This document shows, one piece after another, positions 1 through 14,640 of a stretch of DNA of 64,000 nt (position 1 is its first letter; each line of letters begins with the position of its first letter). The DNA is taken from assembly GCF_056746865.1 (NCBI RefSeq), contig NZ_CM163382.1; one strand, 5' to 3'. The notes below the pieces were generated by a model that was not told where the DNA came from, did no database searches, and saw only the letters and a program-made list of their open reading frames with translations. The translations under genes and the position numbers were made by a program.

Positions 1-1581
1 ATTCAGGAAATCACGCAATATATCCTGAATAATTTCCGCCAGAAAACCCACCGTACTTTCCCTGGTTCCAAAGGTTTTAATGCCATGCTGGCAGTAAGCA
101 GCGTGGATGCTGCAAAAGCCTATTATGCGACGTTTAAACGGTTACAAGAGGAAGCCGCTAATAAATCTGTAACTTATAAACCGCTGCGTGTTGCGACAAT
201 CTTCTCCTTTGCCGCTAATGAAGAACAAAATGCCATTGGTGAAATTTCCGATGAAACTTTTGATACCAGCGCAATGGACAGCAGTGCTAAAGAGTTTCTT
301 GACGCTGCAATTCGTGAGTATAACAGCTATTTTAAAACTAACTTCAGCACCGACGGTAACGGTTTTCAGAACTACTATCGTGATTTAGCCCAACGGGTTA
401 AAAATCAGGATATCGATCTGTTAATTGTCGTGGGAATGTTTTTAACCGGCTTCGATGCTCCAACATTAAACACGCTATTCGTCGATAAAAACTTGCGTTT
501 TCACGGCCTGATGCAGGCATTCTCCCGCACCAACCGCATTTATGACGCGACTAAAACCTTCGGTAATATTGTCACGTTCCGGGATCTGGAACGCTCAACC
601 ATTGATGCCATAACGCTGTTTGGTGATAAAAATACCAAAAATGTGGTTTTAGAAAAGAGTTATGCAGAGTATATGGAAGGCTTTACTGATGCTGCCACTG
701 GTGAAGCTAAACGCGGCTTCATGACAGTAGTTTCAGAACTGGAACAACGGTTCCCTGACCCTACCAGTATTGAAAGTGAAAAAGAGAAGAAAGACTTCGT
801 TAAACTGTTTGGCGAATACCTGCGTGCCGAGAATATCCTGCAAAACTATGATGAATTTGCCACGCTAAAAGCCCTGCAACAAATCGATCTTAGCGATCCT
901 GTTGCGGTAGAAAAATTCAAAGCAGAACATTATGTGGATGATGAAAAGTTCGCTGAATTGCAAACAATTCGTCTCCCTGCTGATCGCAAGATTCAGGATT
1001 ATCGTTCTGCCTATAACGATATTCGCGACTGGCAGCGCCGTGAGAAAGAAGCTGAGAAAAAAGAGAAATCAACCACTGACTGGGATGACGTAGTTTTTGA
1101 GGTCGATTTGCTGAAGTCTCAGGAAATAAACCTGGATTATATCCTTGGACTGATTTTCGAACACAACAGACAAAATAAAGGCAAGGGCGAAATGATCGAA
1201 GAGGTCAAACGCTTAATTCGTTCAAGCCTGGGGAACCGTGCTAAAGAGGGCCTGGTGGTCGATTTTATTCAGCAAACGAACCTGGATGATTTACCGGACA
1301 AAGCCAGCATCATTGACGCATTCTTTACGTTTGCTCAACGCGAACAGCAACGTGAAGCAGAAGCCTTGATCAAAGAAGAAAATCTCAATGAAGAGGCGGC
1401 GAAACGCTATATTCGCACATCTTTAAAACGCGAATACGCCACCGAAAATGGCACGGAATTAAACGAGACACTGCCCAGACTCAGTCCTTTAAATCCGCAA
1501 TATAAAACGAAAAAACAGACTGTTTTTCAAAAAATTAGCGCATTTATTGAAAAATTTAAGGGGGTGGGTGGAAAGATTTAG
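1..1581 (+). CDS. hsdR: Type I restriction enzyme R subunit (HsdR), C-terminal ~526 codons; 5' end lies upstream of the window
   Basis: Reading frame is open from nt 1; helicase motif VI region [31 protein letters not shown]; stop TAG (1579-1581) forms part of the TTAG flank of the adjacent IS5. Confidence 0.8.
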   Translation: MQEITQYILNNFRQKTHRTFPGSKGFNAMLAVSSVDAAKAYYATFKRLQEEAANKSVTYKPLRVATIFSFAANEEQNAIGEISDETFDTSAMDSSAKEFLDAAIREYNSYFKTNFSTDGNGFQNYYRDLAQRVKNQDIDLLIVVGMFLTGFDAPTLNTLFVDKNLRFHGLMQAFSRTNRIYDATKTFGNIVTFRDLERSTIDAITLFGDKNTKNVVLEKSYAEYMEGFTDAATGEAKRGFMTVVSELEQRFPDPTSIESEKEKKDFVKLFGEYLRAENILQNYDEFATLKALQQIDLSDPVAVEKFKAEHYVDDEKFAELQTIRLPADRKIQDYRSAYNDIRDWQRREKEAEKKEKSTTDWDDVVFEVDLLKSQEINLDYILGLIFEHNRQNKGKGEMIEEVKRLIRSSLGNRAKEGLVVDFIQQTNLDDLPDKASIIDAFFTFAQREQQREAEALIKEENLNEEAAKRYIRTSLKREYATENGTELNETLPRLSPLNPQYKTKKQTVFQKISAFIEKFKGVGGKI

Positions 1582-1728
1582 GGAAGGTGCGAATAAGCAG
1601 GTCATTTCTTCCCAAGCTGACTCGCTGATTAAAATTTCGCGGATCTGGGCCGATTTTTTTCCCGCAAACACATCGAATCGGCCTGTTTAGGCTATTTTTT
1701 CCACCATTTCTGGCGTTATTTCCGGTTT

Positions 1729-4015
<2,287 letters not shown>

Positions 4016-4184
4016 TCAGGAACTTGTTCGCACCTTCCCTAAAAAAAGCAGATGATTTTCATTATTATCGCAGGATAATTGTGCGCATATTTTCCATGCG
4101 GATAAGAATACTTATTCATGGAAATAATAATTTCCAGGTCATCAAGTGAAATCTGTTAACGCAAAGAGTGTTCCACCCTGCCCC

Positions 4185-4682
4185 TCACACCATCTCAAGT
4201 TTTACCGCGTCATAACCACACTGAACCAAACATTCACCGCAACCATTACATATTGCAGCATCGATTACAGGCATTCCGCTTTCGTTGATTGAGCATGCCT
4301 GAAGTGGGCATAGATCGACACACTGTTTGCAACTGCGCACCGGATTAACACAATTTGCTTTAAAAACGGGACGCAATCCGGTGTCGAAACGAGCCTGCGG
4401 ACGTAATGCCTCAGTGGAACATGCAGCTATACATAAGCCGCAGCCGTCACAACTGGCAAATTCAATCACCAATTGCGGATAGCCATCTTCATGCCGGTTG
4501 AGAATGCCCATGGGACAGGCATTAATACACAAATCACACTGCGTGCACTGCACACGAAACTGCGCATCAGGTAACGCGCCGGGAGGTAAGGAGTGCACAG
4601 GTAATATCGGTGTTGTTACCGGGCGTGCCGCGCTGACAAAGGCCCGAAATAGCCCACGTCGGCTAACATACCGATGAGACAT
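4185..4682 (-). CDS. 4Fe-4S ferredoxin-type protein (NapF/YdhY-like, four Cys clusters); start uncertain (alternative ATG at 4715)
   Basis: Four CxxCxxCxxxCP motifs; N-terminal SRRGLFRAF; last gene of the DMSO-reductase-type operon. Confidence 0.6.
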   Translation of the reverse strand: MSHRYVSRRGLFRAFVSAARPVTTPILPVHSLPPGALPDAQFRVQCTQCDLCINACPMGILNRHEDGYPQLVIEFASCDGCGLCIAACSTEALRPQARFDTGLRPVFKANCVNPVRSCKQCVDLCPLQACSINESGMPVIDAAICNGCGECLVQCGYDAVKLEMV

Positions 4683-4711
4683 TAACTCCTGATAATAATT
4701 TTCTGACTTAC

Positions 4712-5308
4712 TCATCCAAGAAAGAGCCGTTTGGTTGGAGGATTTAGTGCCTGTTGCTGCTGATAATCCTGCAGAAACAGTGTCGCAATCTGCGCCAACT
4801 TCGCGTAAAACGCACTGACAGGGTTGCGCTGTAATAACTCCAGATAACGATATCCCCACGGCAGCAAATGCGTTTCCAGCAATTGATTCGCTGCGCGTTC
4901 TTTCCCCTCTGCCAGCAAGGCGCTACAGGCAAGCAGCATCAGGCCAAACTGATCTTCCGGTTCATTTATACAGGAATCAAACGTCATTCCCTGATCACGA
5001 AGGAACTTCCGGTACTCGGCAGTGCTGTCCCCCATCAACAGATTATCTTTTTCGAGATATACCGAACCCCAGGGTGGTGCTGGCATTTCACCCTGTCCTT
5101 CAAAAAGAACAGAAAATTGCCAGAGATGCTGCTCCTCATCCGGGATTGACCAGTCAGAGCATAATTCAGCCACCTGGCGGGGATCGCGCCAGGGGTATAT
5201 CTCATCCAATGTCGGCAGACAGTCAAACAGTGCCCGAACTTCAGGACGCGTGGGAGAATAGTAAAACAGGGCACCAAGAATACGCACCAGTACGGCTGGG
5301 GAAGGCAT
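4712..5308 (-). CDS. DmsD/TorD-family Tat-proofreading chaperone
   Basis: VRILGALFYY...PWGSVYL...EPEDQFGLMLL similar to E. coli DmsD; SD AGGAG upstream of the ATG at 5308. Confidence 0.65.
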   Translation of the reverse strand: MPSPAVLVRILGALFYYSPTRPEVRALFDCLPTLDEIYPWRDPRQVAELCSDWSIPDEEQHLWQFSVLFEGQGEMPAPPWGSVYLEKDNLLMGDSTAEYRKFLRDQGMTFDSCINEPEDQFGLMLLACSALLAEGKERAANQLLETHLLPWGYRYLELLQRNPVSAFYAKLAQIATLFLQDYQQQQALNPPTKRLFLG

Positions 5309-5362
5309 GATTAAACACTCCTGAAAGCAGAGGTGGCCGGGCAAACACCGGCCACTCACAGG

Positions 5363-6139
5363 TTACATAGGGATGGTCCAGAGGTTGTAGAAACCGATCC
5401 GACCAACCAGTTCAGCAGCAATAACCACCAGTGCAGTCATCGCCAGCACAGCTTGCCCACTTTTCATGCGTGCATAGAGCAGTGCCCCAATAACACCCAG
5501 CGCCAACAGAATGGCCTGAGCGGTAAACCAGGTGGACTGCGCAGCGGTAATAACGCCATCAGCACTCATTAGCGTGGAAATATAACCCGGACGCAAACAG
5601 AAACTCGCCAGAATCGCCAGTACACTTACCAGCAGCCCCAGACGACGAACGCCAAACAACGCCGCCAACATGCCGCCACCGATAAGTGCAGTTAGCACCA
5701 TCATCATGGTGGTGTAAGAGGTACTCCAGGTCGCTACCGTTGCCAACTGGTAAATACGCGGGATGGCAAAGATAAACACGACTCCAATCGCAGCGGCCAG
5801 CCATACCAGTACTTTACAAAGCATTGCACCACCGCGATTTAACAGCAAACCGAGAGATCCCAGTCCTCCGGCTGCGGCAAAACATGCCGAAAGCACGATT
5901 TCGTTACTCATAGGAGAACTGCCGACACGGAATAGCATATTCAGCGCTCGCAGCGGCTGCCCGACATGAATGGTGCCAAGCACAACACCCACACCAAACA
6001 AGCACATCACCGAAAAGAGACCAATCGCCATACGACGTGGCTCAATTAATCCCATGGCACCGCCAATCAGCAGCAGAATAAACGCCCCCACTGCGCTCTG
6101 GGTAAATACGGTGAAAAAGACCAGTGGTAACTCATGCAT
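5363..6139 (-). CDS. DMSO reductase-type membrane anchor subunit (DmsC/YnfH-like)
   Basis: Polytopic hydrophobic 258-aa protein immediately downstream of the Fe-S subunit; SD GGGAGG. Confidence 0.7.
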   Translation of the reverse strand: MHELPLVFFTVFTQSAVGAFILLLIGGAMGLIEPRRMAIGLFSVMCLFGVGVVLGTIHVGQPLRALNMLFRVGSSPMSNEIVLSACFAAAGGLGSLGLLLNRGGAMLCKVLVWLAAAIGVVFIFAIPRIYQLATVATWSTSYTTMMMVLTALIGGGMLAALFGVRRLGLLVSVLAILASFCLRPGYISTLMSADGVITAAQSTWFTAQAILLALGVIGALLYARMKSGQAVLAMTALVVIAAELVGRIGFYNLWTIPM

Positions 6140-6758
6140 GGCGCACCTCCCGAATGTTCATGATCGCCCCTTCTTTGTCGCCCGTAGGTCGCGCCAGCGG
6201 ATGCGGTTTAATTATCAGGTTAGGATGCGTAAACGAAGCGGCAGGTAACGGTGCGATTTCATTTTCACTGCCATATTTCGCCCGCAATTCGTCGATAGGA
6301 CCAAAATCCAAAGCTCGCTGTGGACAGGACTCAACACAAATAGGCGGGAGATTTTTCTCCAGTCGGTCAAGGCAACCATCACACTTACGCATCACTTTAG
6401 CTTGTGTATCAAACTGCGGTGCACCATAAGGGCAGCGCATTTCGCAGTAACGACAGCCCACACAAACACTGTCATCCACCAGCACCAGGCCATCTTCTTC
6501 GCGTTTGTGCATCGCGCCGGTTGGGCAACCTGCCACACAGGTCGGTTCATCGCAGTGATTGCAGGCAATCGACAAATAGTAAGTGAAGGTATTGTTGTGC
6601 CAGCTTTCACCTTCTTTCACCCAGCTACCGCCACCATATTCATACACGCGGCGCAGCTTCGGTCCGACATCCAAATCTTTATTATCCTTGCAGCTTACCT
6701 GGCAGGTTTTGCAGCCAGAGCAACGCGAGGAGTCAACGTAAAAACCATACTGTTTCAT
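6132..6758 (-). CDS. DMSO reductase-type iron-sulfur subunit (DmsB/YnfG-like)
   Basis: MKQYGFYVDSSRCSGCKTCQVSCKDNKDL... with four ferredoxin Cys motifs. Confidence 0.8.
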   Translation of the reverse strand: MKQYGFYVDSSRCSGCKTCQVSCKDNKDLDVGPKLRRVYEYGGGSWVKEGESWHNNTFTYYLSIACNHCDEPTCVAGCPTGAMHKREEDGLVLVDDSVCVGCRYCEMRCPYGAPQFDTQAKVMRKCDGCLDRLEKNLPPICVESCPQRALDFGPIDELRAKYGSENEIAPLPAASFTHPNLIIKPHPLARPTGDKEGAIMNIREVRHA

Positions 6759-6771
6759 TGCGGATCACTCC

Positions 6772-9207
6772 CTAAGCGCGTTTGATTTCAACCAGGTTGG
6801 TATGTTGCGGGTTCCCTTTCGCCAGCGGCGACGGCAGGTGGCTGGTCAATGTGTTAATACATCCACCCACGTCCACACCGTTGCTGTCCAGTCGGGTCCA
6901 CGCGCCTTGCGGCATTGCCACCACGCCCGGCAGGATGCGCTGTGTCACCTTGCAGGGGATCTCCACCACACCGCGATCGTTGAATACATGGACCATATCG
7001 CCTGATTTCAACTGACGCACGCTGGCGTCTATCGGGTTGATCCAGACTTCATCCGGTACCGCTTCATGCAGCATCAGCACACTGGCATATGTTGAGTGCG
7101 TGTGACCTTTGGTGTGAAAACCGCTCATCTGTAGCGGATACTTTGCTGTCAGACTCTTGTTCAGATGGGACTCTGTCACTATACAAAATTCAGGAACAGC
7201 CGGAATGCGATCTCCTTCCGGTAGTGTCCAGGCTTTAGCCAGTTCCGCCAGAGTGTGCGAGTAAATCTCAATCTTCCCGGAAGGTGTCGTCAGTGGACTG
7301 GCAACCGGATCATGGCGGAAATCAGCAAGGATAATACTGTCCTCATCACGAGTACCTTGCTGATCGATAACCCCCATATTCATTGCAACTTCCCATTCAG
7401 GCAGATATGATCGCTTCTCTTTAACTTGTCCGTAATGCTTCGCCATCCACTCTGCCTGAGTACGCCCCTCAGTAAAACGCTCTCTTACCCCAAGATGCCC
7501 CGCAATATCTGCACAGATATCATAGGTACTGCGTACTTCCCACATCGGTGTGATCGTTTTTTGCATTGCAATCATGTAATGGTGAGAACCGGCTGCATAG
7601 GAACTGTCCACCAGATCCTCGGCTTCTAAGTAGCTAGTTTCTGGAAGAAGGATATCGGCAAAGCGGGCACTGGCAGTCATATGATTATCAATAACCACGA
7701 TAGTTTCGCACAGGCTGTCATCTTCAAGTATTTTGCGTGTACGATTGATATTTCCATGTTGATTCAGAAGTGCATTCCCGGCCTGGTTGAAGAACAGTTT
7801 AATACCGGTTTTCAGTTTATCCGCGCCTTTAACCCCCATAGTGGTGGCTGTCATTTTTTCCGGACTTTGAATCGCATCTGTCCACAGATAGCAGGGGATT
7901 GACACCTTAACGGGATTTTCACCAATCGGCAGAGCAGGAACACCATAAGGTGTTCCGTATGTCCAGTTCCCATTGTTGGTTCCTGGCAATCCAAAATGAC
8001 CCGTCAGGGCAGGAAGTATCTGAACCGCTCTGGAAGTCTGTTCACCATTTGCATGACGCTGTGGCCCCCATCCCTGGGCAATGAAACAGGCCCGAGCTTC
8101 GGCCATTTCACGTGCCAACTGGCGAATACGAATAGCCGGGATGCCACAGATATCTGCCGCCCATTCAGGTGTTTTTTCGACGCCGTCATCACCGTTACCC
8201 AGAACATAGTCTTTATAACTGGCATTTGGTTTCGCCGTTTCCGGAAGGGTGCTACGATCATAACCGACACAATAAGTATTGACTCGTTCTTCGTCGATCA
8301 GATTTTCTTTTATCAACGTGTGTGCAATAGCTGCTACCAGTGCAGCATCGGTTGTAGGGCGAATTGGTAACCATTCAGCATGTTCTGTAACAACAGAGTC
8401 TGTATAGCGCGGATCGATGATAATCACCCGGGCGCCTGATATTTCCAGCGCACGGCGCAGTTCTTCAACTTGCCCACCACCGGACATCCGAGTCTCAGAT
8501 AAATTCAGACCAAAAAAAACCACAAGATCAGAATGCGCAATCTGGCTAAAATGACTGGCAAACTGTACTCCTGTAGCACCATACGTGTAAGATGTGGCGG
8601 TAAAGTTTTGAGCGTTTGAGTAATTATTGTAATACTGCAGAAAACCGCCATTCAGGTTCAATAACCTTTTCCATGCGGGTGTTCCTTGGTTATGATAATA
8701 CGCGCCAGATTGATAATTAAAATAGATTGCTTCATTTCCATATTTTTCAGAAACGCGCTTTAATTCAGCGGCAATAAAGGCTGTGGCCTCATCCCATGAA
8801 ATACGTTTAAATTTCCCTTCTCCGCGTTTACCAACACGTTTCATCGGATATTTAATCCGGTCAGGGCTATAAACACGCCAGCGGCTGGAACGACCACGTA
8901 GGCAAGGTCGAATCTGATGTTCACCAAAAACAGAGTCGTCCTTCGCGTCCTCGGCTTCAATACGAACAATGCGTCCGTCTTTTACGATAACTTTTAATGG
9001 ACAACGACTTCCGCAATTCACCAGGCAAGCACTATGCCTGACGGTTTCAGCATTTTCGTTGGTTTTACCGGTATCCGATGTTTCGGCCCTGACGGTTGTG
9101 GAAAAAGGCAAAGTGATGGCGTTGCTTAGTGCAACGGCAGCTCCCAATTTTGCAGTTGTAGTCACCGCATCACGTCGGGAGATTGTTGTATTTAACAACT
9201 CTTTCAT
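6772..9207 (-). CDS. Molybdopterin oxidoreductase catalytic subunit, DMSO reductase family (DmsA/YnfE-like), with Tat signal
   Basis: N-terminal SRRDAV twin-arginine motif; CLVNCGSRCPL Fe-S motif; TRMSGGG and GWGPQRHANGE segments as in DmsA. Confidence 0.8.
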   Translation of the reverse strand: MKELLNTTISRRDAVTTTAKLGAAVALSNAITLPFSTTVRAETSDTGKTNENAETVRHSACLVNCGSRCPLKVIVKDGRIVRIEAEDAKDDSVFGEHQIRPCLRGRSSRWRVYSPDRIKYPMKRVGKRGEGKFKRISWDEATAFIAAELKRVSEKYGNEAIYFNYQSGAYYHNQGTPAWKRLLNLNGGFLQYYNNYSNAQNFTATSYTYGATGVQFASHFSQIAHSDLVVFFGLNLSETRMSGGGQVEELRRALEISGARVIIIDPRYTDSVVTEHAEWLPIRPTTDAALVAAIAHTLIKENLIDEERVNTYCVGYDRSTLPETAKPNASYKDYVLGNGDDGVEKTPEWAADICGIPAIRIRQLAREMAEARACFIAQGWGPQRHANGEQTSRAVQILPALTGHFGLPGTNNGNWTYGTPYGVPALPIGENPVKVSIPCYLWTDAIQSPEKMTATTMGVKGADKLKTGIKLFFNQAGNALLNQHGNINRTRKILEDDSLCETIVVIDNHMTASARFADILLPETSYLEAEDLVDSSYAAGSHHYMIAMQKTITPMWEVRSTYDICADIAGHLGVRERFTEGRTQAEWMAKHYGQVKEKRSYLPEWEVAMNMGVIDQQGTRDEDSIILADFRHDPVASPLTTPSGKIEIYSHTLAELAKAWTLPEGDRIPAVPEFCIVTESHLNKSLTAKYPLQMSGFHTKGHTHSTYASVLMLHEAVPDEVWINPIDASVRQLKSGDMVHVFNDRGVVEIPCKVTQRILPGVVAMPQGAWTRLDSNGVDVGGCINTLTSHLPSPLAKGNPQHTNLVEIKRA

Positions 9208-9287
9208 TTTATTTTCTCACATTGTTTTCATAATTATTATTAATACGACATATGAGGTAATCATAAAGAATTAGTAATTCATCATGA

Positions 9288-9301
9288 TTGATTATGATCA
9301 A
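9288..9301. promoter_or_regulatory. Consensus FNR box (TTGAT-tatg-ATCAA) about 87 bp upstream of the dmsA-like start
   Basis: Perfect TTGATnnnnATCAA palindrome; a TATGAT -10-like hexamer lies ~32 bp downstream on the coding strand; a second near-consensus site GTGATcattATCAA at 9337-9350. Confidence 0.5.
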
Positions 9302-9560
9302 GTGAGATTTGGTGCTTAGCACAAATATAAATATTTGTGATCATTATCAAAATGTAAATGATAACGCATCTTTATTATCATTTGAGATTAAATATCACGC
9401 AGCGTTAATCTAAGGAAGGTGCGAATAAGCAGGTCATTTCTTCCCAAGTTGACTCGCTGATTAAAATTTCGCGGAGCTGGGCCGATTTTTTTCCCGCAAA
9501 CACATCGAATCAGCCTGTTTAGGCTATTTTTTCCACCATTTCTGGCGTTATTTCCGGTTT

Positions 9561-11847
<2,287 letters not shown>

Positions 11848-11870
11848 TCAGGAACTTGTTCGCACCTTCC

Positions 11871-12465
11871 CAAGAGAACGCAACAGCGCACTTGCTTTGC
11901 CACAGTTGAATTTTGTGCCGTAACGATGTGCAAGCATGTAAGCATAAGGAGTCAAGGTATAGCGTGTTACTTAGTTACTCGGATTAACAATCCCAACGTA
12001 CAGAGCGGCGGATTTAGAGAGTCAGCGCAGTCCCTGCTCCGGCAGTCAGTGGCAGGCGGCGTACTGAAGCAAACCATTATCGATACCGGCATCGGCGATA
12101 CCATCGGCATGCTGATGTCACACGGCAATATTTCTCCCTACATCATGGCGTGGTTGATAACCGTGCTGATCCGTCTGGCAACGGGTCAGGGCGTGGTCTC
12201 AGCCATGACGGCGGCGGGGATTATTAGCGCAGCAATCCTCGACCCGGCAACCGGTCAACTGGTGGGCGTCGACCCGGCGTTGCTGGTGCTGGCAACAGCG
12301 GCTGGCTCCAACACGCTGACCCATATCAACGATGCTTCGTTCTGGCTGTTCAAAGGCTACTTTGATCTGTCGGTGAAGGATACGCTGAAAACCTGGGGTC
12401 TGCTGGAGCTGGTAAACTCCGTGGTTGGCCTGATAATCGTGTTGATCATCAGCATGATTGCATAA
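11871..12465 (+). pseudogene. GntP-family permease, 3' fragment truncated by IS5 copy B
   Basis: C-terminal transmembrane sequence ...[34 protein letters not shown]...[27 protein letters not shown]...; the track ORF 11554-12465 reads through from the IS5 end. Confidence 0.6.
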
Positions 12466-12514
12466 CGTTGATACCGCTCTGGCGCACAGCGCCAGAGCGG
12501 TTTTCCATCCTGCC

Positions 12515-13210
12515 TCAACAATCCTCAATAATCAGATATACCGCCTTCACCGGACCATGCACCCCAACCACCTTGATAAGCTCAATATCCGCCGTCGAGC
12601 TGGGTCCACTGATGATATTAATGCACGATGGCATACGCTCACCGGCCTGTGCTTTCTGATGCAGTTTTTCTGCCAGCTGCGCCACGCGCGGCAGGATGGT
12701 GCTTTTACGCAGCACGAAAATAGAGGACTCCGGCAACAGGCTCAGGGAGCGCCCGCGCTCCGGTGCGGAAAACAGCACCACGCCGCCGGACTCGGTCAGG
12801 CCATATTCGGCATACACCACGCCGACTTTCGCCTGCTCGGCCTGGGTAATATTTTCGCTACCACGCGCCGGATCCCAGACCACGGCGTTGCATTCCTGCT
12901 GCAAGCGTTCGGTGATGCCCAGCTCCACCAGCCGGCTGTCGCCGCTCAGCACCACCGGCTGCTGACCCAATTCTTCGCACAGGCGCAGTGCCGCGTCTGC
13001 GGCCTGGTCCTCGCTGGTCAGTTCGCAGCGGGCCAGCATCACTTCGCTGGCAAACTGGATAAACGCAGAGCAGCGCTGCTCGGGGCTAAGCTCGGTCAGG
13101 CGCTCGTTGGCATAGTTGTTAACCGGTGCGGCATCCGCTTGCGGTTCGAAGCGCAGCGGGCGACCCAGCGCCTGGGCGATGGTGTTTAAAAACGCGGTAC
13201 GGTTATCCAT
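12515..13210 (-). CDS. lutC: Lactate utilization protein C (LutC/YkgG family)
   Basis: MDNRTAFLNTIAQALGRPLRFEPQ... matches remembered E. coli YkgG; SD AGGAG; start overlaps lutB stop. Confidence 0.8.
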   Translation of the reverse strand: MDNRTAFLNTIAQALGRPLRFEPQADAAPVNNYANERLTELSPEQRCSAFIQFASEVMLARCELTSEDQAADAALRLCEELGQQPVVLSGDSRLVELGITERLQQECNAVVWDPARGSENITQAEQAKVGVVYAEYGLTESGGVVLFSAPERGRSLSLLPESSIFVLRKSTILPRVAQLAEKLHQKAQAGERMPSCINIISGPSSTADIELIKVVGVHGPVKAVYLIIEDC

Positions 13211-14630
13211 TCTTTTTCTCCTGCGCCTGATGTTTCTTAAACCAGCTGCGGAAGCTCTCGCCGTCAGCATCAGGCAGATCGCGCGCCTCCATCCAGTCAC
13301 CAATCGCGCCAACCTTGAGCGGGGTTTTGCCGCCATTGATAAACCAGCTCGCCGCATGCGCGCCCGCCATCATCCCGACTTTCCACAGCCCCGGATGGCT
13401 ATTGGCATAGGCGAACATCTTGATCGCCCGTCGCTCGGCTTTCGGCGTAATGCCCTCCTCGGCCATCACCCGGCGATGACGCAGGATCAGTTTTGACAAC
13501 GGAATACGCACCGGGCAGACGCTGTCACAAGCCGTGCACAAAGAACAGGCGTACGGCAGGTCTTTAAAATCTTTATAGCCGCCGAGCAGCGGAGAAATCA
13601 CCGCGCCGATAGGGCCGGGATAGATAGAGCCATAGCCGTGCCCGCCGATGTGGCGGTACGCCGGACAGGTGTTCATACAGGCTCCGCAGCGGATGCAGCG
13701 CAGCACATCGCGAAACTCTGAGCCCAGCACCTGCGAGCGACCGTTATCGACAATCACCAGATGGAACTCTTCCGGTCCGTCAACGTTGTCCGCATCACGC
13801 GGGCCGGTCAGCCAGGTGTTGTAGCCCGTCAGACGTGCGCCCACGGCGCTGCGCGCCAGCATGGTAATCAGCACATCCACCTCGGCAAAGGTCGGCGCGA
13901 TACGCTCCATGCCCATCACCGCAATGTGCGTTTTCGGTAGCGTGGTGCACATGCGCGCGTTGCCTTCGTTGGTCACCAGACACACCGAGCCGGTTTCCGC
14001 CACGGCAAAGTTACAGCCAGTAATACCGATTTCGGCACTGAGGAAATCCTCGCGGATCTTCTGACGAATGAACAAGGTCATAGCTTCCGGGGTTTCCGGG
14101 CCGTCGTACCCCAGACGTTCGTTCAGCACGCGGCGGATCTGGTAGCGATCTTTATGAATCGCCGGAACCACGACGTGCGAAGGCGGATCCTGATCCAACT
14201 GCAGGATATATTCCCCGAGATCGGTTTCGATCACCTGGATTCCGGCATCCTGCAACACATGGTTGACGCCGATTTCTTCGGTCACCATCGACTTGGACTT
14301 CACCACCTTCTGCGCATTTTTACTCTGCGCGACCTGCAAAATGTAGCGAGTGGCATCTTCTTTGGTTTTGGCGAAATAGACGTGTCCGCCGTTTTCCGTC
14401 ACTTTCTCGGAGAGTTGGTACAGGTAAGCGTCGAGGTTGCTCAGAACGTGATCGCGGATCTGGCTGGCACGATCGCGCCATTCTTCCCAGTGGCCTAACT
14501 CATCGACCATTTTTTGCCGATTCGCGCCGATACGCTCCTGCGCATTAGCCACGGCTTTGCGCATAATCGGATCTTCTATCTGCTGACGAATACGCAGTTT
14601 AAATTCTACATCGCTGGTTTTTATCGACAT
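13203..14630 (-). CDS. lutB: Lactate utilization iron-sulfur protein B (LutB/YkgF family)
   Basis: MSIKTSDVEFKLRIRQQIEDPIMRKAVANAQERIGANRQ... and CxxCxxC motifs. Confidence 0.85.
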   Translation of the reverse strand: MSIKTSDVEFKLRIRQQIEDPIMRKAVANAQERIGANRQKMVDELGHWEEWRDRASQIRDHVLSNLDAYLYQLSEKVTENGGHVYFAKTKEDATRYILQVAQSKNAQKVVKSKSMVTEEIGVNHVLQDAGIQVIETDLGEYILQLDQDPPSHVVVPAIHKDRYQIRRVLNERLGYDGPETPEAMTLFIRQKIREDFLSAEIGITGCNFAVAETGSVCLVTNEGNARMCTTLPKTHIAVMGMERIAPTFAEVDVLITMLARSAVGARLTGYNTWLTGPRDADNVDGPEEFHLVIVDNGRSQVLGSEFRDVLRCIRCGACMNTCPAYRHIGGHGYGSIYPGPIGAVISPLLGGYKDFKDLPYACSLCTACDSVCPVRIPLSKLILRHRRVMAEEGITPKAERRAIKMFAYANSHPGLWKVGMMAGAHAASWFINGGKTPLKVGAIGDWMEARDLPDADGESFRSWFKKHQAQEKKNG

Positions 14631-14640
14631 CTCTTTCCCC

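Noticed and set aside
1-1581. A complete type I restriction-modification system
   Set aside because: Only the R-subunit 3' portion is in the window; hsdM and hsdS are not visible, so no system-level claim is made
12458-13189. 243-aa ORF antisense to lutC/lutB, and similar long antisense ORFs (e.g. 16572-17054, 18278-18883, 51122-52570, 52712-53590, 24687-25472, 29452-30330)
   Set aside because: They lie opposite well-supported genes in GC-rich DNA, have repetitive low-complexity composition (Arg/Ala/Gly/His-rich) and lack convincing ribosome-binding sites; typical spurious antisense frames
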